From an uncultured Desulfurococcaceae archaeon (GTDB lineage: Archaea; Thermoproteota; Thermoprotei_A; Sulfolobales; NBVN01): DNA of 62,533 bases. The stretch is from NCBI GenBank assembly GCA_964636755.1, contig CAZWSU010000048.1, positions 1 to 62,533 on the forward strand, in the 5' to 3' direction. Made by a program: the position numbers and the translations under genes. The notes beneath the pieces are model-generated. The model was not told the DNA's origin, made no database searches, and saw only the letters and a program-made list of their open reading frames with translations. Shown here one piece after another: positions 55,137-62,533 of the stretch. Within the stretch, counting starts at the first letter, position 1. Each line of letters starts with the position of its first letter.

Positions 55137-56630
55137 ATGTATTTCGTGAATGAAGCGGTTAAAGACCTCTTAAAGCTTTATAGGAGGATCTGGGCTTTAT
55201 CGCACGCGATGTCGGTCATGGGCTGGGATTTAGAGACTTACATGCCCCCTGAGGGTATTGAGGAGAGGAGTGTTGCCCACGCAGAGTTAAGCCTTATGGT
55301 TCAGGAATTACTACTCCGCAAAGAATTTCTCGAGGCTCTTGAGAAAGCTTCTAAGCAGGAATCGTTGAATGATTATGAGAAGGGTGTGGTAAGGGTTCTT
55401 GAAAGAGAGGTTAGGATCGCTAAAGCTCTACCCCCGAGACTCGTCGAAGAGTTAGCTAGAGTGACTCAGGAGGGTAGGATAGCGTGGAAGGCTGCTAGAG
55501 AGAAAAACAACTTTGAGATTTTCAAGCCATACCTAGAGAAAATAGTCGACTTAACTAAGGAGAAAGCGAATTACCTAGGTTTTAGAGAGCACCCGTATGA
55601 TGCGTTGGTGGATCTGTATGAAGAGGGGATGACTACTAGAGACGTGGACATGATGTTCAGCTACTTAGAGCCTAACATAAGGAGGGTGTTAGATAAGGTT
55701 TTGAGTGAGGGTAAATACTCGGTAGACCACCCATTAGAGAAAGAGAAGTACCTGAGAGAAGAAGCTGAGAAACTTAACCTAGCGGTACTTGAGGCTTTCG
55801 GATTCCCATTAGGTAAGAGAGCAAGGCTCGACGTATCAGCACATCCGTTCACGATAAACATGGGTGTGAGAGATGTCAGGATAACCACGAGGTATGAGGG
55901 TTATGACTTCAAGAGAACCTTGTTTGGTGTGATACACGAGTTCGGACACGCGCTTTACGAGTTGCAGGTTGACGAAGAACTCAGGTATACCCCCGTAGGT
56001 AGCGGGGTCTCACTAGGCATTCACGAATCTCAGAGCAGGTTCTGGGAGAACGTGATCGGCAGGTCTAGAGCGTTTGTTCAAGCGTTCATAGACTTGATCA
56101 GGTACGTGAGCCCGGCCAGAAACAGGGACCCTGAAGACATATACGTCTACTTCAATACCGTGAAGCCGTCGCTGATCCGTGTAGACGCGGATGAAGTGAC
56201 CTACAACCTCCACATAATACTCAGGTTCAAACTGGAGAAGCTGATGGTTTCCGGGGAAGTAAAGGTCGCTGATCTGCCCGAGCTATGGAATTACGAGATG
56301 GAGAGGTTAGTGGGCGTTAAACCCAAGAACTACTCAGAAGGAGTGCTCCAGGACATCCACTGGAGTATGGGTTCTATAGGTTACTTCCCAACATACACGT
56401 TGGGAACACTGCTAGCTTCTCAAATAGCTCACTACATGGAGAGAGACTTAAACGGGCTTTACGACCACGTAATCAACAAAGACTTCCAGAGAATCAAGAG
56501 CTACTTGAGAGAGAAAATACATAGATGGGGTGCAGTCTACACACCGAAAGAACTACTTCTCAGATCATTCAACGAAGCTTATAACCCGGAATACTTCGTG
56601 AAATATCTAGAGAGTAAATTCTCGAATTAG
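55137..56630 (+). CDS. M32 carboxypeptidase (carboxypeptidase Taq-type)
   Basis: HEFGHALYE zinc motif, HESQSRFWEN, and IRVDADEVTYNLHI. Length is 497 aa. Confidence 0.9.
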   Translation: MYFVNEAVKDLLKLYRRIWALSHAMSVMGWDLETYMPPEGIEERSVAHAELSLMVQELLLRKEFLEALEKASKQESLNDYEKGVVRVLEREVRIAKALPPRLVEELARVTQEGRIAWKAAREKNNFEIFKPYLEKIVDLTKEKANYLGFREHPYDALVDLYEEGMTTRDVDMMFSYLEPNIRRVLDKVLSEGKYSVDHPLEKEKYLREEAEKLNLAVLEAFGFPLGKRARLDVSAHPFTINMGVRDVRITTRYEGYDFKRTLFGVIHEFGHALYELQVDEELRYTPVGSGVSLGIHESQSRFWENVIGRSRAFVQAFIDLIRYVSPARNRDPEDIYVYFNTVKPSLIRVDADEVTYNLHIILRFKLEKLMVSGEVKVADLPELWNYEMERLVGVKPKNYSEGVLQDIHWSMGSIGYFPTYTLGTLLASQIAHYMERDLNGLYDHVINKDFQRIKSYLREKIHRWGAVYTPKELLLRSFNEAYNPEYFVKYLESKFSN

Positions 56631-56671
56631 TTTTTGTGGAATTAGCCATTAAGTCTCGGGAGATGAGAGAC
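56631..56671 (+). terminator. Candidate terminator: T5 tract immediately after the stop, plus a 7-bp hairpin
   Basis: TTTTT at 56631-56635. AAGTCTC (56651-57) and GAGACTT (56665-71) form a stem with a 7-nt loop. Confidence 0.3.
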
Positions 56672-56773
56672 TTGCTTAAGAGTTAATGACCGGTTTGCTG
56701 TAGCGTTTCATGTTGGTGTTGCGTGTTACGTTTTTAAATGTGCCCTCAGTAATATATAATTAAGTGATGTGAG

Positions 56774-57259
56774 TTGGTGAGAGAGTCATTACTCAGGGTT
56801 CTCACTAAGATTGAAAGAGAAGTCGGTTTCGATGAGTTGAGCGAGTTAGTTGGACTTAGCAAGAGTACTTTGAGGAAGTATGTGAGGGAGTTGCTCGAGG
56901 AAGGCTTTGTGGTTGAGGTTTCCAGAGGTGTTTACGCGTTGACTGATAAGGGTAAGAGAGTTAAGGAATCTCTTAAGAGTGTTTTAACCGAGGTTAGTGA
57001 GGAGAAAGCTTACGTGTTAACGGATCCTAGCACGGGGACCCCTGTCCCCCTCAAGATCAGGAGCTTAAAACACCTATACGTGGTCATCAAGTATGGTTTA
57101 GTGCCTGAGGGAATATTAAGGGAACACCTGAGGAGAGGGTATGTTTCCGAGTGGGTTAAGAATGTCTTAGGAGATGAGGGGTTAGCTAAGAAATTAAGTA
57201 CTGAGGATTTAAGTGAGGTCGTTAAAACTCTTGAGGAGTTGATTGGATTAACCGAGTAG
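56774..57259 (+). CDS. Winged-helix DNA-binding protein upstream of glycogen genes
   Basis: An N-terminal wHTH (FDELSELVGLSKSTLRKYVRELLEEGFVVEVSRGVYALTDKG) plus an uncharacterised ~90-aa C-terminal domain. Confidence 0.6.
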   Translation: MVRESLLRVLTKIEREVGFDELSELVGLSKSTLRKYVRELLEEGFVVEVSRGVYALTDKGKRVKESLKSVLTEVSEEKAYVLTDPSTGTPVPLKIRSLKHLYVVIKYGLVPEGILREHLRRGYVSEWVKNVLGDEGLAKKLSTEDLSEVVKTLEELIGLTE

Positions 57260-57317
57260 GGATTTCTTAATATAGTTAACACGCTCAAGCCCAGGCTTGC
57301 TTAGAGTGTAGAGACCT

Positions 57318-59231
57318 ATGAGTGACGGCGTGGTCGAGTATAGTTTAATTACTGACTATGACGTGTACTTGTTTAAGGAAGGGAAACACTACCGGATTTA
57401 CGAAAAGTTAGGTGCTCACCCGTTAGTTGTTGACGGGGTTTCAGGCGTTTACTTCGCTGTATGGGCTCCTAACGCGGCCGAAGTACACGTAGTCGGGGAC
57501 TTCAATGATTGGAAGCCGGGGACCCATAAGTTAATCCCGCGTAAGGACTCTTCCGGCATTTGGGAGGGTTTCGTGGGGGGTGCTAGAGTAGGTGATAGGT
57601 ATAAATACTACATAGTCTCTAAGTTCGGGAATTACAGGGCTTTTAAGGGCGACCCATACGCGTTCTTGTGGGAAGTACCTCCTAAAACAGCGTCCGTTGT
57701 TTGGGACTTAAGTTATGAGTGGAGGGATGATGAGTGGCTACGTGTTAGGGTGTTGAGGAATTCTTACGAAGCCCCCGTATCCATATACGAGGTTCACTTA
57801 GGTTCGTGGATGAGGGTTCCAGAAGAAGGTAACAGGTTCTTAACTTACCGCGAGCTCGCGGTGAAGTTGTGTGATTACGTGAGTTACATGGGCTTCACGC
57901 ACGTCGAGTTCTTACCGGTGATGGAGCACCCATTCTACGGTTCCTGGGGCTATCAAGTAGTAGGGTACTACGCTCCCACTAGCAGGTATGGGAAGCCCCA
58001 AGACTTCATGTACTTAGTTGAGAGACTTCATGAATGCGGTATTGGGGTGATAGTTGATTGGGTACCCTCACACTTCGCTACCGACGAGCATGGGCTGGCG
58101 TTCTACGACGGCACACACTTATACGAATATGAGGACTGGAGGAAGAGAGTACACCCTGATTGGGGTAGCTACATATTCGACTACAGTAAGGGTGAGGTTA
58201 AGTCTTTCCTAATAAGTAACGCTCTCTTCTGGATCGAGAAATACCATGTTGATGGGCTACGAGTTGACGCCGTTGCTTCAATGCTTTACTTAGACTATTC
58301 TAGAAAACCGGGTGAGTGGGTACCCAACGTGTATGGTGGTAGGGAGAATTTAGAAGCTATAGAGTTCATTAAAGAATTCAATGAAGCTATTCATAAGTAC
58401 TACCCAGGGGTTCTAACCATAGCAGAGGAATCTAGCGCGTGGCCTAAAGTATCGAGACCTGTCAGCGAGGGTGGGTTAGGGTTTGACATGAAATGGAATA
58501 TGGGGTGGATGCACGACACACTCTACTACATGTCTAAGGACCCGATATACCGTAAGTACCATCACGACATACTGACGTTTAATGTCTGGTACGTGTTTTA
58601 CGAGAATTTCGTTAATTCCTTATCTCACGACGAGGTAGTGCACGGTAAGAAGTCCTTGATAAATAAGATGCCGGGCGATGACTGGCAAAAATTCGCGAAT
58701 TTAAGACTTCTTTACGGCTACATGTACGCTCACCCAGGCAAGAAGTTGCTGTTCATGGGGGATGAGATCGCTCAATGGGATGAGTGGAGCCACGAGAGGA
58801 GCATCGACTGGCACATCCTCAAATATCCTGAGCACGCAGGACTTCAGACATGGGTGAGGGATCTCAACAACGCATATAGGAGAGAACCCGCGCTACACGA
58901 ACTCGATTTCAAACCTGAGGGTTTCGAATGGGTTGACTTCAGAGACAGGGATCAGAGCGTTATATCGTTCCTCAGGAAGAGTTCTAGAGGTGACGTGATA
59001 CTAGTAGTACTTAACTTTACCCCGGTAGTGAGGGGTGGGTACAGGGTTGGCGTCCCGAAGGAAGGTTTTTGGGAAGAGATATTAAATAGTGATTCAAGAG
59101 TCTACGGGGGTTCAGGAATCGGCAACGCTCCCGGCGTGAAGACTGAGAAGATTCCGTACCATGAAAGACCACACTCTATAGTATTAACACTCCCCCCGTT
59201 AGCCGCCCTATTCCTTAAGTATAGGGGTTAA
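57318..59231 (+). CDS. glgB: 1,4-alpha-glucan branching enzyme, GH13 (bacterial short type)
   Basis: GH13 conserved regions [29 protein letters not shown] and [10 protein letters not shown], with an N-terminal CBM48-like region ([10 protein letters not shown]). Confidence 0.9.
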   Translation: MSDGVVEYSLITDYDVYLFKEGKHYRIYEKLGAHPLVVDGVSGVYFAVWAPNAAEVHVVGDFNDWKPGTHKLIPRKDSSGIWEGFVGGARVGDRYKYYIVSKFGNYRAFKGDPYAFLWEVPPKTASVVWDLSYEWRDDEWLRVRVLRNSYEAPVSIYEVHLGSWMRVPEEGNRFLTYRELAVKLCDYVSYMGFTHVEFLPVMEHPFYGSWGYQVVGYYAPTSRYGKPQDFMYLVERLHECGIGVIVDWVPSHFATDEHGLAFYDGTHLYEYEDWRKRVHPDWGSYIFDYSKGEVKSFLISNALFWIEKYHVDGLRVDAVASMLYLDYSRKPGEWVPNVYGGRENLEAIEFIKEFNEAIHKYYPGVLTIAEESSAWPKVSRPVSEGGLGFDMKWNMGWMHDTLYYMSKDPIYRKYHHDILTFNVWYVFYENFVNSLSHDEVVHGKKSLINKMPGDDWQKFANLRLLYGYMYAHPGKKLLFMGDEIAQWDEWSHERSIDWHILKYPEHAGLQTWVRDLNNAYRREPALHELDFKPEGFEWVDFRDRDQSVISFLRKSSRGDVILVVLNFTPVVRGGYRVGVPKEGFWEEILNSDSRVYGGSGIGNAPGVKTEKIPYHERPHSIVLTLPPLAALFLKYRG

Positions 59232-59316
59232 GGACTGTCACTGGATTCAGTCATGGCAATTCCAGTCTTAACGATGCCTAGCTAAGAATTAAAAGGAGTT
59301 CCGTGAGGTTTATCTG

Positions 59317-61755
59317 GTGCTTGAGATGTCGAGCTCGAATAAGTATGTGGTAATTCACGCACATTTCTATCAGCCATCGAGAGAGGATCCGTGGCTCTTC
59401 CAGATACCTCAAGAAGAGGGTGCTTACCCCTACCACGACTGGAACGAAAGAATCACCGAGGAATGTTATAGGCCTAACGCCTTAATCCCCATAATTGATA
59501 GTGAGGGCCGAGTGATCGACGTAATCAACAACTACTCTTGGATTAGTTTTAACGTAGGTCCTACGCTGCTCAAGTGGTTTCAGGAGAAAGCCCCTGACGT
59601 CTACGAAGCGATTGTGGAAGCCGATCACATCAGCAGGAGTAGGTTCTCAGGCCATGGATCTGCTATCGCGCAAGTCTACAACCACATGATAATGCCTCTC
59701 GCTAACAGGGAGGACAAGTACGTAGCTACTTATTGGGGGATAGAGGTTTTTAAAGAGGCTTTCGGTAGATCGCCTGAGGGCATGTGGCTCCCTGAGACTG
59801 CCGTAGATGACGAAACTCTTGACGTGTTAGCGGAGTTAGGCATTAAATTCACTGTGTTAGCACCGCACCAAGCACGTGAGGTGAGGGGGCCTGACGGTGT
59901 GTGGGTAGATGTGAGTGGTGGCAGGATAGACACCAGGCAACCATACACCTATAAAACCTCTTCCGGGAGAAGTATTGTTTTGTTCTTCTATGACGCAAGA
60001 CTCTCGCACGGTGTCGCGTTCGGTGATTTACTAAGTAATGGCGACACTCTCGCTAAGAACATTCTTAAGGCTTTCAGCAACTCAGGCAACGTAGAGCTAG
60101 TCACTATAGCTACCGACGGAGAGACGTACGGTCACCACAAGAAGTATGGTCACTTAGCGCTCGCTTACGCGTTAAGAGATCTTAACGCTAAGAAACTAGC
60201 TAGAATCACTAACTTCGGTGAATTTCTGGAGCTTAACCCGCCCAGACAGGAAGTCAAGATATTCGAGAAGACTTCCTGGAGTTGTGTGCACGGAATTGAG
60301 AGGTGGAGGAATAACTGTGGGTGCAGGATAGACGTCAACAGGGCTTGGAGCCAGGAGTGGAGGAAGCCTCTCAGGAGTTCTATGGATTGGTTACTCAATG
60401 AGGTTAAGGGAATTTTCCTTAGTGAAGCTCGTGAAGTCTTCGCAGATCCTCTCAACGCCCTACTTAATTACGCGTCATTTATGGGTAAGCCTGAAGAATC
60501 AGTAACTAATTACTTAAGTAAGTTAATTAAAATCCCTGCCACCAAGGATGTCATGATAAGAGCGCTTAAGCTCCTGGAGATGATGAGACACGCTTACCTA
60601 GCTCTCTCCAGCGATGGTTGGTTCTTCGACGACATATCTAATATCGAGTCTATTCAAGTCATGAAACACGCTGCTAGATCCATGCAACTCGTTAAGGAGT
60701 TAGCTGGCGTGGATTTAGAATCTACGTACTTGAAGTTCCTTGAGAGTGCTAGGAGCAATATACAGGATCTAGGGAGCGGCGCGGAAATATACGAGCGTTA
60801 CGTGAAGAAAGCCTTCGTAGACTTTCATGATGTATGCATACTATACTCTATGTTGAACCTAAATAACAACTCCTCAGAACGCGTTAGAAGAGTCTTCGGC
60901 TACTTGATTGAAGACCTGGGTAGCGAGTCCCACGTCCTAGGGAGTCTTAAGTATTCCTTTGGTAAGGCGCGAGTCACGTTCCTGGCAACCTTGGAGAGTC
61001 GTGAGTGTGTTCATTATTCTCACTCAATAAGTGGTCGTGTCTTAATCGGGGCTTCAACACCTCCTGAGGGACTTGATTTGAGGGCTATGCATAACACCTT
61101 AAGAGATTACGTCAGCAACAACGACTTCACAGAGCTCGAGAAATTTATTTTTCGAAGCTTTAGTAAGGTTAGGAGTTTTAGTGAGTTACGTAGAGATTTT
61201 CAGAACGTCATCATAAGTAGTTACTTCAGCAACTTACTCGATAGGGTTCATGAGAAGGTTAAGGAAATACTAACTACTAACTACTCAATAGCTAGGAGCG
61301 CCGTCCTCTCTAGAGCACCGTTCCTCGATTACTTCAAGGAGTTTATTAAGTTGTACGTGACTTACGAGTTACGTGAGTTACTCAACAAGCGGCTACTAGA
61401 CTCCTCCAACTTAAGTGACGTTCTCACGATGATTAAAGAGTTCGGTGTTGAGTTACCTAACGTGTTGAGTGAGTTAGATATCGGGATCTCCAATCAATTA
61501 CGTTCGCTTGTTAAGGACTTGAATAACTTGAGTGTCTTAAAGAACGCTGAGAAAAGTGTTTCTGTGTTGAAAAACCTCATAAGTGCTTCAGCTCTCAGAA
61601 ATCTATGGAAGACTAGAGCTACGGTATGCTTATTGATGAGAAAGTATGGGGGCGGTCTGAGAGAAAGGGTTGAAGAAAGGGATGAGACAGCTGTCGAGGT
61701 TCTGACAATTCTTAAAGAGTTGGGCGACATTCTAGACGTTAAGTGCCTGGAGTAG
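59317..61755 (+). CDS. GH57-family glycoside hydrolase with long C-terminal (DUF3536-like) helical domain
   Basis: N-terminus VVIHAHFYQPSREDPW (GH57 region 1), and WLPETAVD and TDGETYGHH regions. Length is 812 aa. Confidence 0.8.
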   Translation: MLEMSSSNKYVVIHAHFYQPSREDPWLFQIPQEEGAYPYHDWNERITEECYRPNALIPIIDSEGRVIDVINNYSWISFNVGPTLLKWFQEKAPDVYEAIVEADHISRSRFSGHGSAIAQVYNHMIMPLANREDKYVATYWGIEVFKEAFGRSPEGMWLPETAVDDETLDVLAELGIKFTVLAPHQAREVRGPDGVWVDVSGGRIDTRQPYTYKTSSGRSIVLFFYDARLSHGVAFGDLLSNGDTLAKNILKAFSNSGNVELVTIATDGETYGHHKKYGHLALAYALRDLNAKKLARITNFGEFLELNPPRQEVKIFEKTSWSCVHGIERWRNNCGCRIDVNRAWSQEWRKPLRSSMDWLLNEVKGIFLSEAREVFADPLNALLNYASFMGKPEESVTNYLSKLIKIPATKDVMIRALKLLEMMRHAYLALSSDGWFFDDISNIESIQVMKHAARSMQLVKELAGVDLESTYLKFLESARSNIQDLGSGAEIYERYVKKAFVDFHDVCILYSMLNLNNNSSERVRRVFGYLIEDLGSESHVLGSLKYSFGKARVTFLATLESRECVHYSHSISGRVLIGASTPPEGLDLRAMHNTLRDYVSNNDFTELEKFIFRSFSKVRSFSELRRDFQNVIISSYFSNLLDRVHEKVKEILTTNYSIARSAVLSRAPFLDYFKEFIKLYVTYELRELLNKRLLDSSNLSDVLTMIKEFGVELPNVLSELDIGISNQLRSLVKDLNNLSVLKNAEKSVSVLKNLISASALRNLWKTRATVCLLMRKYGGGLRERVEERDETAVEVLTILKELGDILDVKCLE

Positions 61756-61813
61756 CGTGCTTAAGAGCTGAACGCTGTTTTGTGGCATGGATTTAAACTT
61801 AAAAATCTCTAGC

Positions 61814-62527
61814 TTAGATGTTTATCAATCCTACGTATGAGAGTAGAAGAAGTGATAAGAAGGAGGTAGCGCTGATTAACAGGTTACCATCTATCGGGTT
61901 GAACTCGTAGTGTTCTATATATGAAGACAGCGCGGCTACCGGAATTCCCCAAGCCCCTATGAAGTAGTATGCTATGGGCATACACACCAAGAACATCGCG
62001 AAGTTACCCCACCAAGACTTTGTTCTCCTCCTGTATATTAGGTTCCTGACCACTCCTGTGGCGGCATCGCCGAAAGACATGAAGAGCACGGGTATTAAGC
62101 CGTATATGGGTGTGTTGAAAATAAGCCATGAAGCTAATAGTATGGTTCCCCAAGCTATGCAGAAGTTTACTTCATAAGCGTTATCCGGTACCTGAAACCA
62201 GGTCAGGAGTTTCCCTCTCTTATGCGGTATCCAGGTTATGAGAGCTAACACTAACGCTAGAACAAAAGGTATTGTAGGTGACGTGAACACGAACGGCACT
62301 ATAAGAGCTACCACACCCCCCGCCAGCACATGTATTAGCTTCCTGTTAAAGTACACGACCACGTTATGTGTGAGTCCCTTCTTAACCATTAAATCATACG
62401 TGTACTTAGTCCCGTAAACCACCCCTAAGACATAGATAAAGAGCACAGTAGCGATCGCAGCCTCCGCAACGGGGTTCGCAGGTAATAAACTCTCTAAGTG
62501 CAACCCCAGGTTCATCTGCCGAAGCAC
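61814..62527 (-). CDS. Polyprenol/dolichol (phytol)-kinase-like CTP-dependent membrane protein
   Basis: Polytopic protein. NRKLIHVLAGG and FGDAATGVVRNL...TKSWWGNFAMF resemble the RK..H...G and GD..A..VG...KS..G motifs of the CTP_transf_1/dolichol kinase family. Confidence 0.5.
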   Translation of the reverse strand: MLRQMNLGLHLESLLPANPVAEAAIATVLFIYVLGVVYGTKYTYDLMVKKGLTHNVVVYFNRKLIHVLAGGVVALIVPFVFTSPTIPFVLALVLALITWIPHKRGKLLTWFQVPDNAYEVNFCIAWGTILLASWLIFNTPIYGLIPVLFMSFGDAATGVVRNLIYRRRTKSWWGNFAMFLVCMPIAYYFIGAWGIPVAALSSYIEHYEFNPIDGNLLISATSFLSLLLLSYVGLINI

Positions 62528-62533
62528 CTCACA

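Noticed and set aside
1-62533. A window-wide search for tRNA, rRNA, CRISPR repeats, IS elements, integrases, toxin-antitoxin or other defence genes.
   Set aside because: I saw no T-arm/GTTCRANYC-like tRNA signatures in the intergenic gaps, no regularly spaced repeats, and no transposase, integrase, nuclease or helicase-like ORFs. The window is metabolic and transport in character, so no such features are reported.

Overview
This is a gene-dense 62.5-kb chromosomal segment with about 60 protein-coding genes. I recognised no rRNA, tRNA, CRISPR array, transposase or integrase. It looks crenarchaeal, probably Thermoproteales-like (Caldivirga/Vulcanisaeta type). That is an inference from four things: frequent GTG/TTG starts with GAGGTG-like Shine-Dalgarno motifs, 4-nt start/stop overlaps, substrate-binding proteins anchored by an N-terminal TM helix plus a Thr-rich linker, and the enzyme content (LacS-like GH1, GalS-like GH36, GH57, tungsten AOR).

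Content:
- Three complete or partial Liv-type (HAAT) ABC uptake operons.
- biotin ligase, a CBS protein and a Na+/solute symporter with a small subunit, then proC after the second Liv operon.
- A galactoside island: small protein, GH1, GH36 and MFS, convergent with galT-galK.
- ThrRS.
- A ModABC/WtpABC-type oxyanion transporter divergent from a polyferredoxin plus aldehyde:ferredoxin oxidoreductase pair.
- A split LysO exporter.
- A MacB-type ABC ATPase and FtsX permease bracketing a 1197-aa multi-repeat surface glycoprotein.
- A Liv-type transporter operon continuing into a KASIII-like gene, a CoA-transferase and an alpha/beta-hydrolase.
- Peptidases (M42, M32, S9-like), MATE and EamA transporters.
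- A glycogen block: wHTH, bacterial-type GH13 GlgB and GH57-DUF3536.

Headline observation: a ~2.57-kb segment (13421..15982) is inverted relative to its evident ancestral state. The inversion cuts both cstA and an arsA/get3-like ATPase gene into reciprocal halves on opposite strands. The junctions share only a 7-bp inverted core (TAGCTAT / ATAGCTA). Flipping the segment in silico restores both reading frames exactly and puts seven genes on one strand.

Secondary leads are the ArsA-like three-gene module, the MacB-type ABC plus giant surface-protein module, a KASIII-like protein lacking the His/Asn catalytic residues, and a perfect 20-bp palindrome in the transporter/AOR divergent promoter. 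All family calls come from motif recognition by eye, because no database search was possible.
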